A stretch of 64,000 bases of DNA from Candidatus Woesearchaeota archaeon. GTDB lineage: Archaea > Nanobdellota > Nanobdellia > Woesearchaeales > BM511. The position numbers and the translations under genes are program-made. Every line of letters starts with the position of its first letter. The first letter of the stretch is position 1. Under the pieces are notes generated by a model. The model worked only from the letters and a program-made list of their open reading frames with translations, had not been told where the DNA came from and made no database searches. Shown piece after piece: positions 1 through 9,944 of the stretch. The stretch is from positions 2,157 through 66,156 of the forward strand of contig PKTL01000044.1 in the NCBI GenBank assembly GCA_002867475.1. Direction: 5' to 3'.

Positions 1-500
1 CACCAGGTTCAACAGATTATGTTGGGTATAATCAAGTGAAAAATGCTGAAAAAGGCGCTTTTAATTCAAGAAGAAATCAACTTCATGCAACTAGATTCTT
101 GTGTAATATGATAGAAAATGATAATGGTCTTTATGGTATTAACACAATGATTCTTACGGAGCAAGATATTTATGATGATGGGTTAAATTGGGCTTTTGGT
201 GGTGTTAAGTCTGATGCTGCTGGAGGGAAACATTTGATCTTATCTGTTGCTAGATTAAATAATCTTGAGGCTTTAACACACACAGGTATACATGAACTAG
301 GTCATATTTATGGGGCTGCTGGAGATCTTAGAAGATCTAACACTGAAAGCAATCTTGGACCTCATTGTACAAATTTTTGTGTTATGGAGCAAAAATTAGA
401 TGTTCAATTAATGTTGGAACAATCAAGAAGGCTTAGTTCAAAAAAGGATAAATTCTGTTATCAATGTATAAATGATATTATGAATTATAGAGGGATATAA
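1..500 (+). CDS. amzA: Archaemetzincin-like zinc metallopeptidase (5' end outside window)
   Basis: HELGHIYGAAGD...GPHC motif (HExxHxxGxxH-C) plus C-terminal CYQC; frame is open back to base 1. Confidence 0.6.
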   Translation, partial: PGSTDYVGYNQVKNAEKGAFNSRRNQLHATRFLCNMIENDNGLYGINTMILTEQDIYDDGLNWAFGGVKSDAAGGKHLILSVARLNNLEALTHTGIHELGHIYGAAGDLRRSNTESNLGPHCTNFCVMEQKLDVQLMLEQSRRLSSKKDKFCYQCINDIMNYRGI

Positions 501-555
501 GAAATTTGTAATTTTTTTTAGCAAATTTTAAATATTTTTTTCAAAATTAAACATT

Positions 556-1524
556 ATGAGAAAATTATCTGGAATATTATTGCTTGGGCTTTTATCAATG
601 TTTTTTGGTGAAGTGTTTGCAGGTTCATCACAAGTATGGTTTTTTGATCCTTGGAGCCTGATAGTCACTTTTCCTCTTTACTTAGCACATGTACTTTTCT
701 TTTTGTATTTAGCTAATAGGTTTGATAAGATGTCTTTTACCCAGCTTTATCTTTTTGGTGTGGTATTTGGATTATATGAGTCCTGGATAACCAAAGTCTT
801 ATGGTCTGGTTATCTTAATGAGGCAGGACCTGGAATGGGAACTTTTCTTGGGTTAGGCGTATCTGAATTTTTTGCATTATTATTTTGGCATCCAATAATG
901 TCATTTATAGTTCCAATACTAGTTTATCAGGTACTATCTGGTGGAAAAATATCTGTTCATGAAAAGCTTTTCAAGAAGACAAAAAAGAAAACAAGTATTC
1001 TTTATTTGTTCATGATTCTTGTTGCAGCTTTTTCTGCTAGTGGTAATTCAGATATTTTATCTTTAGATCTAGCATTGATTGGATCATTAGTATTGATCTT
1101 TGTTGCATATTTTCTTTCTTTTCATAAGAAAATTGATAAGATATTACCTTCAAGAAAAGGATTTTTTATCATTAGCGCGTATTTGATTGTTCTATATATT
1201 CTTGCTTTCTTTTTCCTTGCTCCAGAAAGATTACCAAAAGAAGCGATTGCATATGTGTCTGTCATAATCCTATATTTCATATCTATTATGTTATTGATTA
1301 TTTCTGGAAGAAAAAAGATGTCAATTAAATCTTTCAATAAGCAGGATTATGGAAGGTTCGATCTGATTAAATTATTAATTGCATATTTGATATTTGCAAA
1401 TATCTACATAATACTTCTCCCAATTGGGACTGTTGTGCTATGGATAAGCTATGTCTCTATAATGGTATTAGGGGCTATTCTCTTATTATTGAATATTTTA
1501 AGGGTTTTATTGCATAAAGTTTAA
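556..1524 (+). CDS. Polytopic membrane protein, unknown function
   Basis: 322 aa, about 9 hydrophobic segments, no recognisable motif. Confidence 0.5.
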   Translation: MRKLSGILLLGLLSMFFGEVFAGSSQVWFFDPWSLIVTFPLYLAHVLFFLYLANRFDKMSFTQLYLFGVVFGLYESWITKVLWSGYLNEAGPGMGTFLGLGVSEFFALLFWHPIMSFIVPILVYQVLSGGKISVHEKLFKKTKKKTSILYLFMILVAAFSASGNSDILSLDLALIGSLVLIFVAYFLSFHKKIDKILPSRKGFFIISAYLIVLYILAFFFLAPERLPKEAIAYVSVIILYFISIMLLIISGRKKMSIKSFNKQDYGRFDLIKLLIAYLIFANIYIILLPIGTVVLWISYVSIMVLGAILLLLNILRVLLHKV

Positions 1525-1553
1525 AAACAGATTATTATTCCTTTTTTGTATTC

Positions 1554-1569
1554 ACTCGCTCCCGTGGCT
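1554..1569 (+). repeat. 16-nt copy of tRNA 5' end plus 4 upstream nt (actcgctcccgtggct), followed by hairpin tgatgag/ctcatca
   Basis: Exact match to 3390-3405 (5' end of second tRNA); 12 nt also match 1614-1625. Confidence 0.6.
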
Positions 1570-1613
1570 CATGATGAGGCAAGCTCATCAGATCACACTC
1601 GCAAACTTTGTTT

Positions 1614-1739
1614 GCTCCCGTGGCTTAGTGGTATAGCGTTGCATTGGTACGGCGAACTTGTTCGACGCGCCAAAGAACTTGTTCTTTGTGCGTAAACCTA
1701 AAAATGCAGAGGTCCCGAGTTCAAATCTCGGCGGGGGCT
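1614..1739 (+). tRNA. tRNA-Thr (anticodon GGU) with 54-nt intron at 37/38 (1650-1703)
   Basis: Acceptor GCTCCCG/CGGGGGC, D-arm GCTT-AGTGGTA-TAGC, anticodon stem TTGCA/TGCAG, loop TTGGTA|A, T-arm CCGAG-TTCAAAT-CTCGG, discriminator U73; G1-C72 and C2-G71 Thr identity pairs. Confidence 0.75.
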
Positions 1740-1798
1740 TATTTTTCTAAACATTTAAATAAACTTATTCTTATATTTCTTTTTTGGAGGTAATACTT

Positions 1799-2023
1799 AT
1801 GAACATGATAAAATTTTATGACAAAGGTTTGAAAAACCTTAAATGGTATGATATAAGCTTAATAAAAACGTCAGTTATGCTTTTTACTCTTGGAGCACTT
1901 TCATTATTTCCAGGGCTTGCAGCATATCTTTTAGCAATCGATTGGTATTGGTACCTATTACTGCTTGTAGTTGTAGCGTTTTGTCCTATGAAAAGGTTTT
2001 TCAAGAATAATCCATTATTCTAA
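1799..2023 (+). CDS. Small membrane protein (2 TM)
   Basis: Track ORF starts at TTG 1784; first ATG at 1799; hydrophobic W/Y-rich. Confidence 0.35.
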   Translation: MNMIKFYDKGLKNLKWYDISLIKTSVMLFTLGALSLFPGLAAYLLAIDWYWYLLLLVVVAFCPMKRFFKNNPLF

Positions 2024-2118
2024 TTTTTTTCTTTTTATTTTATAGTGGTGAATATATAAAAATTTATAAATAATTAAATTAAGAAGTCATATACAATTTT
2101 TTTGCAGGGAGGGAATTA

Positions 2119-3342
2119 ATGAGTAAAAATAGTTATGAAGAAGTAGGAATAGGGGGTATCAAATTTTTTATGAAACCTATTTCAAAGGAAAAAATTAATA
2201 ATTTTTTAAACAATATTTCAATGAATGATTTAGCATTTCAGTCATATCAGCATAAAGTTGTTTCTTTTGCAGCATATGTAAAAAATGTTGATAGTTGTGA
2301 AGGTGAAGATATTACTAAGATATATAATCACATAGCAAAAAAACATAAAGATCTAGAATATGAAAGGATGCTTGGAAATTCTTTAAAAAGATTTCAAAGT
2401 GTTTTAACTATGCATGCTTATTCTGGTAAAAAAACAGATATAACTGCAAATGAATTAAAAGATATGAAGTATTATCTAAAATCGAAAATAATTGGGCAAG
2501 ATGATAGTATTGATGAAGTTGTGAATTCTATAATTGCAAAAGAGAGTGGCATATCTATTGATTTAAAGCCTAGGTGTTTTCTTTTTTTAGGAAAATCAGG
2601 AATAGGAAAAACAGAACTTGCAAATTCAGTAATAAATTATCTTGGAAGGGGAGATCTAACTGTTAATTGTGAAAATTATCAACAAAGCCATGAAGTTTTG
2701 AGTTTAAGAGGAGCGCCTCCAAGCTATGTCGGGTTTGAACAAGGCAGTTCATTAGCAAAGTTTGTTGTAGAAAATCCTAAAGGGGTAATACTTTTTGATG
2801 AGATTGAAAAAGCACATCCCAATCTTTATGATGCTCTTTATACTTTAATGGATGGAAAATTTGCAGATAGGAAAAACATTCAATATCCTTTTGAAGGCTA
2901 CATATTTTTCACTAGTAATGTGGGAAATAAGTTCTACAGTGATTTTAGAGAGATAGGATTCGGTTCAAAAAATTCAATCGAATTAGCAACTGATAATGTT
3001 GATAATGAATTGAAAAAGAGGTTTGATCCTCCTTTTATAGGGCGTATAAACAAAATTTTGCATTTTAATCCTTTAGGTGAGGAAGAGATATCTTCAATAT
3101 TTTCAAAATATTTTGAAAGAAAAAAACTTGAGCTTAGGCATAAAAATTTGAATTTGAGCATTTCAGATAAGTGTTTTGATTATTTGGTCCAACAAAGTTT
3201 AAATCCTGATTTTGGAGTTAGGCTTGCACAATCAATATTTGATACTAATATCATGGAACAAATTGCTTTATTAAAACTTGAAAAGCCAAAAAAGAGCACT
3301 TTTATGGTTGATTATGTGAAAAATGAAGTAAGAGTTAAGTAA
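2119..3342 (+). CDS. Standalone ClpA/ClpB-NBD2-type AAA+ ATPase with unique 130-aa N-domain
   Basis: IIGQDDSIDEV, Walker A GKSGIGKTELA, RGAPPSYVGFEQG, Walker B ILFDEIEKAHPNLYDALYTLMDG, C-terminal sensor-2-like GVRLAQSI; colinear with Hsp100 D2 through the small domain. Confidence 0.7.
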   Translation: MSKNSYEEVGIGGIKFFMKPISKEKINNFLNNISMNDLAFQSYQHKVVSFAAYVKNVDSCEGEDITKIYNHIAKKHKDLEYERMLGNSLKRFQSVLTMHAYSGKKTDITANELKDMKYYLKSKIIGQDDSIDEVVNSIIAKESGISIDLKPRCFLFLGKSGIGKTELANSVINYLGRGDLTVNCENYQQSHEVLSLRGAPPSYVGFEQGSSLAKFVVENPKGVILFDEIEKAHPNLYDALYTLMDGKFADRKNIQYPFEGYIFFTSNVGNKFYSDFREIGFGSKNSIELATDNVDNELKKRFDPPFIGRINKILHFNPLGEEEISSIFSKYFERKKLELRHKNLNLSISDKCFDYLVQQSLNPDFGVRLAQSIFDTNIMEQIALLKLEKPKKSTFMVDYVKNEVRVK

Positions 3343-3393
3343 GTTTTAGAAATCTTTATAAGAAGCTTATTTTTCTATTTTTTTTATTAACTC

Positions 3394-3512
3394 GCTCCCG
3401 TGGCTTAGTGGCTATAGCGGTCGCCTAGTAAAATTGAAGAAAATCGAGATTTGCTCGGAAATCTTTGATTTCAGACAGCGACAGGTCGAGGGTTCAAATC
3501 CCTCTGGGGGCT
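3394..3512 (+). tRNA. tRNA-Thr-like with 46-nt intron (3431-3476); apparent anticodon AGU (or AGA), atypical A34
   Basis: Same acceptor stem and D-arm as tRNA at 1614; anticodon stem GTCGC/GCGAC, loop CTAGTA|A; T-arm GAGGG-TTCAAAT-CCCTC; U73. Followed by hairpin tcccc-atcta-gggga. Confidence 0.6.
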
Positions 3513-3594
3513 TAGAGTATTTTTGTCCCCATCTAGGGGATTCTAATACTATTTCTAACCAATATTTATATACTATTCTTAATTTAATAATAAA

Positions 3595-4194
3595 ATGAGA
3601 TTATATCTAGTTAGGCATGTTGAAACTGAATCAAATGAGAAGAAAATTCTTCAAGGTTTTGAAGATTCACCTATATCTGAAAAGGGATTGAAACAATTAG
3701 AAAAGCTTTCAAGAAGACTGAAGGAAGAAAATATTGATGTCTGCTATACAAGTGATCTGCTTAGGGCAAAAAAGACTGCAGAAGGAATCATGGAGTTCCA
3801 TAAATGCATTTCAATAAAGATTTCTGAAGATGTAAGGGAGATTAATCTTGGAGAATTTAGTGGCAAGAAAGTGGGAAGCCTAAAAGAAGCAGCAGATAAG
3901 CTAAATATTCCTTTGTTTGATTTTCAGCCTGAAGGAGGAGAAAGATTGAAAGATTTTGTAGAAAGAATCAGAAATTTCTATCATTATTTGTTGGAAAATT
4001 ATCCTAATAAAAGTATTCTTGTTGTTACTCATGGGGGTGTCATTGTACATCTATTGATTGAGATATTAGGATATGAACACACTTTTGAGAATGTCAAGAA
4101 ATTTATTGCAAAAAATGCCTCTTTAACAATTATTGAAATACAAAATAAGAAAGTAAATGTTATTTTAGATAGATCGACAAAACATCTTGGATAA
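3595..4194 (+). CDS. Histidine phosphatase superfamily (phosphoglycerate-mutase-like) protein
   Basis: N-terminal LYLVRHVETESN (RHG-type catalytic His motif), THGGVI near C-terminus. Confidence 0.7.
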   Translation: MRLYLVRHVETESNEKKILQGFEDSPISEKGLKQLEKLSRRLKEENIDVCYTSDLLRAKKTAEGIMEFHKCISIKISEDVREINLGEFSGKKVGSLKEAADKLNIPLFDFQPEGGERLKDFVERIRNFYHYLLENYPNKSILVVTHGGVIVHLLIEILGYEHTFENVKKFIAKNASLTIIEIQNKKVNVILDRSTKHLG

Positions 4195-4195
4195 G

Positions 4196-4208
4196 CCTCT
4201 GGGGGCTT
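4196..4208 (+). repeat. 13-nt copy of tRNA 3' end (cctctgggggctt)
   Basis: Exact match to 3501-3513 immediately after the stop of the upstream gene. Confidence 0.55.
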
Positions 4209-4260
4209 TATTATTAATTTAAAACAAAAATTTAAAAATATGTTTTTATTTTAAAGTAGT

Positions 4261-6132
4261 ATGTCTAGGATTTTATCATTTGTAGAAACTAAAAATTTTA
4301 CATTTCAAGTTATAAAAGATACCTTAGAATCAATTAAATTTATTAAGAAAGGACATTTGGGAGCATGTATGTCTTCTGCTGAACTTTTATGTGAATTATA
4401 TGTTGGGGGGCATCTTAATATTAAAAATGGATTAATTCAGGATAAAATTATTTTAAGGGGGCATGTTGGTCCGTTAAGATACTCAATTTTTGAAAAATTA
4501 GGATATATAACAAAAGAGGAATTAATGACAATTGGGAATATAGGTTCTAGATTACAAGGTCATGAAGATATGAAACTAACTCCTGGTGTTGATATAACTC
4601 CTTCTGGATCATTGGGTATGGTTCTTTCATATGGTGTTGGTTCTGCTATAGCTAGTAGAAACTCTACGAATCCATGGAATACTTTTGTTTTCTTAGGGGA
4701 TGGAGAAGAACAAGAAGGGATGGTTTCCGAGGCGGCAAGGCATGCATCTCATTTAAATTTAGAAAAGCTTATTTGTATTTTAGATAAAAATCAAAAACAA
4801 TTATCAAAAGCTACTAATAAAAATGATTCAGTTTCTAATATAAATCAAATTTGGTCTGGATATGGATGGGATATACTGGAAATTGATGGTCATAATTTAT
4901 ATGAAATAAATCATGCATATGTTGAATCTATCAATAATCTGAGACCTACTTTAATTATAGCTAATACAGTTAAAGGGAATGGACTTGAAGGAGCATTAGA
5001 ATCTTCAGAAGGTTATCATACTACTTCTGCACTTGGAAAAAATTTAGATTCTATTCTTGAATTGAGTTTGAATGAAATTTATAATCAAATAAATATGAAA
5101 GAATTAGGTATTATTAATTCAAAAATTAAAAAATCCTTTAGTAAAATACCTGAAACCCAGAAATTTGAAAATGTAAAAACTATTATCAATATTAAAAAAG
5201 ATGGAAGAGCTGTAGATGCAAATCAAGCAATTAGTATGTATTTATCTTCATTAGGTAAAATTGATAAAGATTTTAATGTATATGTTTTTTGGGCAGATAT
5301 TTTACCTGAACTTGCAACAAGAGGTTTTACAAAATTAACTGAAGCTTTAGATTTTGGGATAAGGGAACAGCATATGTTGAGTGCTGCTCATGGTGTATCA
5401 ATAACAGATAGGAGTTCAAGAATAATCATTCCTTATGGTGATGCATTTTTATATAGATGTGCTGATCAACTCAATACAATTGCCCAATCTGGAAGCAATG
5501 TAATTTTATTAAGTAGTTATGCTGGGCTTTCTGGAGCTATGAATGGTAGCACTCATCAAAGTTCAGGTCAAGCAGGAATGATTCTCACTATGCCAGGTTT
5601 TAATTACTATGAGCCTTGTGATTATCAAGACATGATTAATTGTTTAAATAAATCTATTAATAATGCTGGAGCGAATTATATTAGATTGCATTCAAGACCT
5701 TTTAAAGAAATTAAGAGAGATAAAAATGATTTACTAAATACAAATCTTTATGCTTTAGGATCTAAAAATCCTGATTATATAATTTTTTCATCAGGTGATA
5801 TAGTAAATGAGAGTATTCAAGCTGTTGAAGAATTGAAACAAGAAACTGGTATTTGCGGTAGAGTTATAAATGTTGTCGGGTATAATGAAACTAAAAATTC
5901 TAGTTTAAAAAATTTAGTTAAATCTCATATACCTGTCTTAACTATTTATAATGGTAATCCTTTTATTCTCTCTAGTTATGTTTCAAATTTATTATTAAAA
6001 GAAAATATTTCTCCAAGTTCTTTAATTAATTTAGGTTTTGAAATTGGAACTACAGGATATGAGTCAAAATTAAGGAGTCATTTTGGATTAGATTCTGCAA
6101 GGATAAAAGAAATAGTTAAAAAAATTGTGTAA
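4261..6132 (+). CDS. tkt: Transketolase, N- and C-terminal halves fused in one polypeptide
   Basis: GHLGACMSSAELL (TPP domain), GSLGMVLSYGVG, FLGDGEEQEGMVSEAA, then pyrimidine-binding GIREQHMLSAAHG. Confidence 0.8.
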   Translation: MSRILSFVETKNFTFQVIKDTLESIKFIKKGHLGACMSSAELLCELYVGGHLNIKNGLIQDKIILRGHVGPLRYSIFEKLGYITKEELMTIGNIGSRLQGHEDMKLTPGVDITPSGSLGMVLSYGVGSAIASRNSTNPWNTFVFLGDGEEQEGMVSEAARHASHLNLEKLICILDKNQKQLSKATNKNDSVSNINQIWSGYGWDILEIDGHNLYEINHAYVESINNLRPTLIIANTVKGNGLEGALESSEGYHTTSALGKNLDSILELSLNEIYNQINMKELGIINSKIKKSFSKIPETQKFENVKTIINIKKDGRAVDANQAISMYLSSLGKIDKDFNVYVFWADILPELATRGFTKLTEALDFGIREQHMLSAAHGVSITDRSSRIIIPYGDAFLYRCADQLNTIAQSGSNVILLSSYAGLSGAMNGSTHQSSGQAGMILTMPGFNYYEPCDYQDMINCLNKSINNAGANYIRLHSRPFKEIKRDKNDLLNTNLYALGSKNPDYIIFSSGDIVNESIQAVEELKQETGICGRVINVVGYNETKNSSLKNLVKSHIPVLTIYNGNPFILSSYVSNLLLKENISPSSLINLGFEIGTTGYESKLRSHFGLDSARIKEIVKKIV

Positions 6133-6135
6133 AAA

Positions 6136-7014
6136 TTAAGATATTAATTTTTTATATAATAAATAATTTGATTCCATTTGAAAATATTTTTCTTTTTTAC
6201 TAATTCCTCTAGGTTCATGTAAAAATCTAAATACTCCATTATTAATTGGCACGATATATGAACCAGAGGCAATTGCTTTAGCACCAAAATAAGTGTCTTC
6301 AAGTCCCCATCCATTAAATTTTTCTTCAAATCCATTTATTAAATTTGCTTTGGATTTTAATATGCTAATATTATGAGTTGTTACCATAAAAGGTAAAGTA
6401 AAAATTCCAAAATTTAATCCATATCCAAAATCTTTAAACCAATTAGTATTATTTATTATTCTATATTCTCCAAGACTAAAATCTAAAAATTTTTTTTCAA
6501 TTTTTTTATAGAATCTATAATCCTTTTTTATATTTGGTTTTTTTATGATTTTAATATTTGATTTATATTCTATATCTTCTGCAAATCCCACAACTATTGC
6601 ATCAATTCCTGAATTATGTATTTTCCAGTGGTCAGAAAAATAATTATTAGGAATTATAATATCTGAATCAAAAAAAAATAAAAGTTCATGTGTTGATTTA
6701 GAAATCCCTTCGTTTCTAGAATTTGATCTACCTCTATTTTTATTAAATCTTATTAATTGTACCTGTTCCTCATATTTTTTTGATTTTAACTTATAAGGTA
6801 TTTTTGATCCATCATCAATTATAATTATTTCAAATAATTTGGGATTTTTTTTAATTTCATTTTGTTCTAAAAGATTATACAATAATATATCTAATAAGTG
6901 GTGATTTTCATAATGAGGTATTATCAAAGAAGAACTAATAGGTGATTTATCTATAAAAGGCTCATATTTTGAATAATCGTTGCTTTTTTTATTTAGTAAA
7001 TCAATTAAAGCCAT
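6136..7014 (-). CDS. Family 2 glycosyltransferase
   Basis: IIIIDDGSK and FFDSDIIIP (DxD) motifs. Confidence 0.7.
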   Translation of the reverse strand: MALIDLLNKKSNDYSKYEPFIDKSPISSSLIIPHYENHHLLDILLYNLLEQNEIKKNPKLFEIIIIDDGSKIPYKLKSKKYEEQVQLIRFNKNRGRSNSRNEGISKSTHELLFFFDSDIIIPNNYFSDHWKIHNSGIDAIVVGFAEDIEYKSNIKIIKKPNIKKDYRFYKKIEKKFLDFSLGEYRIINNTNWFKDFGYGLNFGIFTLPFMVTTHNISILKSKANLINGFEEKFNGWGLEDTYFGAKAIASGSYIVPINNGVFRFLHEPRGISKKEKYFQMESNYLLYKKLIS

Positions 7015-7864
7015 TTTTTAATTTATCTTCTTTGATTATATTTGAAATATCAGATTTACTTCTTATATCAAATAGGGTTGTATTTCTTTTAAATGAATCT
7101 TGACAAAAATAGCCTCTCTTATGATCCACATGTATGACTTCATAATCATTTTTTAATTCAATTAATGGACTTATTTTTGAAAGTTTTAGTCTTAAATCTT
7201 TATCTTCATAGCCCCAATTAATAAAACCTTCAAAGTATCCTCCCACATCTTTAAATAATTTTGTTTTACAGCATATTGCTCCTGCATGATATAATAATTG
7301 AAAATAAAAAGGTTCCCTACCTCTTCTGGAAGGATGATTTATATATTCATTAAATTCTTTAATTGTTGTAGTTGCCTGTCTTTTTCCAGTTAGGTGAGGT
7401 ATTATGTCATGATTGGATCCTGATAATGACGCGACATATTTATTTATTTTTAAAGATTGTAAAATTTCATTAAAATCTTGTTTGTTGCTTAACTCAATTA
7501 GTTTATCTTTTTCTTGGATTGGAAATCTTTTAAGAGAAGGTTTTATTGCAACTCCTTCAGATGCTAATTCTATAATCTTTTCAAGATAATCTCTTTCATA
7601 AAATAATATGTCTGCATCGGTAGAGTAAGCGTATTCAGTTTTAATTGATTTTAATGCTATATTTTTTAATAGGCTAGGTGTTAGTTTTTTAGATGGTTTA
7701 ATTAATACATGTTCTATTCCTTCATTTTTTACTTGTCTAACCTCATTAACTTCCACAACAAGTATTTCACTTTTTATACTTTGATTTTTTATCGATTCAA
7801 TAGTTAATGATGCCAAATCTATATGTGAATTCCCATAAATTGTGAAAAATGTAGTTAAAATCAT
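7001..7864 (-). CDS. Nucleotide-diphospho-sugar transferase-like protein (GT2-like)
   Basis: YSTDADILF DxD-type motif; 14-nt overlap with downstream GT2 gene. Confidence 0.45.
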   Translation of the reverse strand: MILTTFFTIYGNSHIDLASLTIESIKNQSIKSEILVVEVNEVRQVKNEGIEHVLIKPSKKLTPSLLKNIALKSIKTEYAYSTDADILFYERDYLEKIIELASEGVAIKPSLKRFPIQEKDKLIELSNKQDFNEILQSLKINKYVASLSGSNHDIIPHLTGKRQATTTIKEFNEYINHPSRRGREPFYFQLLYHAGAICCKTKLFKDVGGYFEGFINWGYEDKDLRLKLSKISPLIELKNDYEVIHVDHKRGYFCQDSFKRNTTLFDIRSKSDISNIIKEDKLKNGFN

Positions 7865-8769
7865 ATTGAAAAATACCTATTAATTAACATTTCTTTTTTA
7901 TTTTCATCTAATAATTTTTTTTTTGAAAGAAAAACTAGTTCTTTAATTATTTTTTTTTTAGAATATGCTTCTTTTAAATCAGAATTTGAAGAGGGGATAT
8001 CTCTCACTTCGGAATATCCTTTAAAAAATGAATCTTTTTCTTTTGGAGTTTTAAACCAAGAATTTTCTGTTTCAATAGATAATAATTCAAAATTAGGATC
8101 TCCTAATATAGAAGTTTCAAAATCAATTATTCCAGAAATTAAATCTTTATCAAATATGGCATTACTTGGATTAAAATCATTATGGAGTAAAGATTTTTCA
8201 GAGTCTGAATATCGTATTTTATTAATAACTGCTTTATAATCTTGAGATATGGTTTCATAATTAATATTTTCCAAACAGGTAATAAAATATTTATCTTCTT
8301 TATATAAAAAAGATTTCCATGAATCATCTATTCCATTTAATTTTCCATTTTTAAGATTTAAAAATCCATATTTATCAAATGAATAGGAATGTAATCTTCC
8401 CAGGATTTGACCTGCTTCATAGTTTAAGAGTGGAATTAAATGTCTTGGAACAAATCTCATATTTCCACTATGTCCTACTAATTTTTCCAATAGGATGCTA
8501 GATGTATTTTTATCACAAATAAAATCTAAAGGTCTAGGAACTGGAAATTGATCTTGGTATAAGAAATTTAGAATGTTATATTCCATATCTGTGGGTGAAG
8601 GATGGCTTTTTTCTGAATAAATTTTTATTATGAAATCTCCTTTTTTTGAGGTTATATCATAAACATAATTTTTTTTACCTGTATTAATTTGTTTTATGTA
8701 AAAAATTTCTCCAATAGGTATAAATTTATTTATTGTTGATTCGATAATTTGTCTATCTAAAAATTTCAT
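7861..8769 (-). CDS. APH/choline-kinase-like phosphotransferase
   Basis: Brenner motif LHNDFNPSNAIFD and downstream IIDFE; 4-nt overlaps on both sides. Confidence 0.6.
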   Translation of the reverse strand: MKFLDRQIIESTINKFIPIGEIFYIKQINTGKKNYVYDITSKKGDFIIKIYSEKSHPSPTDMEYNILNFLYQDQFPVPRPLDFICDKNTSSILLEKLVGHSGNMRFVPRHLIPLLNYEAGQILGRLHSYSFDKYGFLNLKNGKLNGIDDSWKSFLYKEDKYFITCLENINYETISQDYKAVINKIRYSDSEKSLLHNDFNPSNAIFDKDLISGIIDFETSILGDPNFELLSIETENSWFKTPKEKDSFFKGYSEVRDIPSSNSDLKEAYSKKKIIKELVFLSKKKLLDENKKEMLINRYFSI

Positions 8770-9887
8770 AAAATTTTACCTTGAAAAAAGTAATTTTCAA
8801 TCGGTCCATTATCTATAGAGAATTCTAAGCCTCTGCTTGTTTTTCCAATCATAATTTCTCCATTCACCAAACCATTATTTATTAAATAATCTCTGAATTT
8901 TTTTTCATCTTTTTCTTTGCAATAAAAAAAGATGTTCGGACCTGTTGAACTTTGACAGGGAAACATTGCACCAAAATTATACATGTCTATTATATGATTT
9001 GCATATTTGTCTCCATGTAACCCTTTAAAAGAAGGAATCATGGTGCTTACTAATTCCCACATTACTTCAGCGTGTTTTTCAAAGTTATTGTTATTCATTG
9101 TTGGAATAAGTTCATGCATTGTAAGTAATGTTCTTTTTCCTGCATATAAAATTTCATGTTTTTTTATAGCTTCAATAGGTTTTTGCTCTTGCTCAGGAGT
9201 TAATCCTTTACTTCCTTGCATTATTTTATTAGAAGGGGTATAGGACATGATTGAAAATTCTTGAGGTATTTGGGTGTGAGCTATTATTTCGTAATTAGGA
9301 GCCATTATTGCAGTTCCACCATATAAAGAAACTGCTCCACTTGTTCCAAAGCTAAATCCTTTGACTAATTTTTTTTCATCATGAGAAGAAGTTTCTGCAT
9401 GGTTATATCCTATTAATTGTCTAAGTTGATAATTAGTAAGGGGTTTTCCATACATTTCGTTCAAACCCACTGCAAATCCAATAACTTTTGCAGAGGTAGA
9501 ACCTAAACCGCTATGAGCTAATTCGTGTGATTCTAGTTTTACTGAAATGTTAGGATTAATATTCAAAAGTTGTTTCATTATTTCATACATATTATGTATT
9601 TCCGAAGAATATTTATTTTCAAAATTAATTCCTTTATCACTTGAATTCGAAATTGTTACTCCTGTTTTATAAAAATCAGCAGCGTATGCATTACCTCCAG
9701 TTTTAGGTGGCATGTCTGTTATTCCTAATAAATCAAAAACTATTGCACACAATCTTGAGGGTGTTTCAACATGGGTTGTTTCTCCAATCTTTTTTAGTTT
9801 TGGAAAAGAATTTTTTTGTAAACTTGGAGGTATAATTATTTCTTCTCCCGGGCTGAATGGTTTAAATAAATTTAATTCAGGTCTCAT
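8766..9887 (-). CDS. GHMP-family kinase (sugar or small-molecule kinase)
   Basis: GHMP ATP-binding motif HSGLGSTSAKVIG; 373 aa. Confidence 0.6.
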   Translation of the reverse strand: MRPELNLFKPFSPGEEIIIPPSLQKNSFPKLKKIGETTHVETPSRLCAIVFDLLGITDMPPKTGGNAYAADFYKTGVTISNSSDKGINFENKYSSEIHNMYEIMKQLLNINPNISVKLESHELAHSGLGSTSAKVIGFAVGLNEMYGKPLTNYQLRQLIGYNHAETSSHDEKKLVKGFSFGTSGAVSLYGGTAIMAPNYEIIAHTQIPQEFSIMSYTPSNKIMQGSKGLTPEQEQKPIEAIKKHEILYAGKRTLLTMHELIPTMNNNNFEKHAEVMWELVSTMIPSFKGLHGDKYANHIIDMYNFGAMFPCQSSTGPNIFFYCKEKDEKKFRDYLINNGLVNGEIMIGKTSRGLEFSIDNGPIENYFFQGKIL

Positions 9888-9944
9888 AATTATTATTATT
9901 AAGTAGTAATATTTAAATATTTCCTATTTAATTATTTTATTTAA

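Noticed and set aside
9831-9906. One-nucleotide disagreement between displayed sequence and ORF track around 9841 and 9897
   Set aside because: Translating the displayed text frameshifts both track ORFs (9712-9906 and the N-terminus of 8766-9887) unless one t is moved from 9841 to about 9897. This is most likely a homopolymer transcription or reading issue, not biology. Feature coordinates near here may be off by 1.
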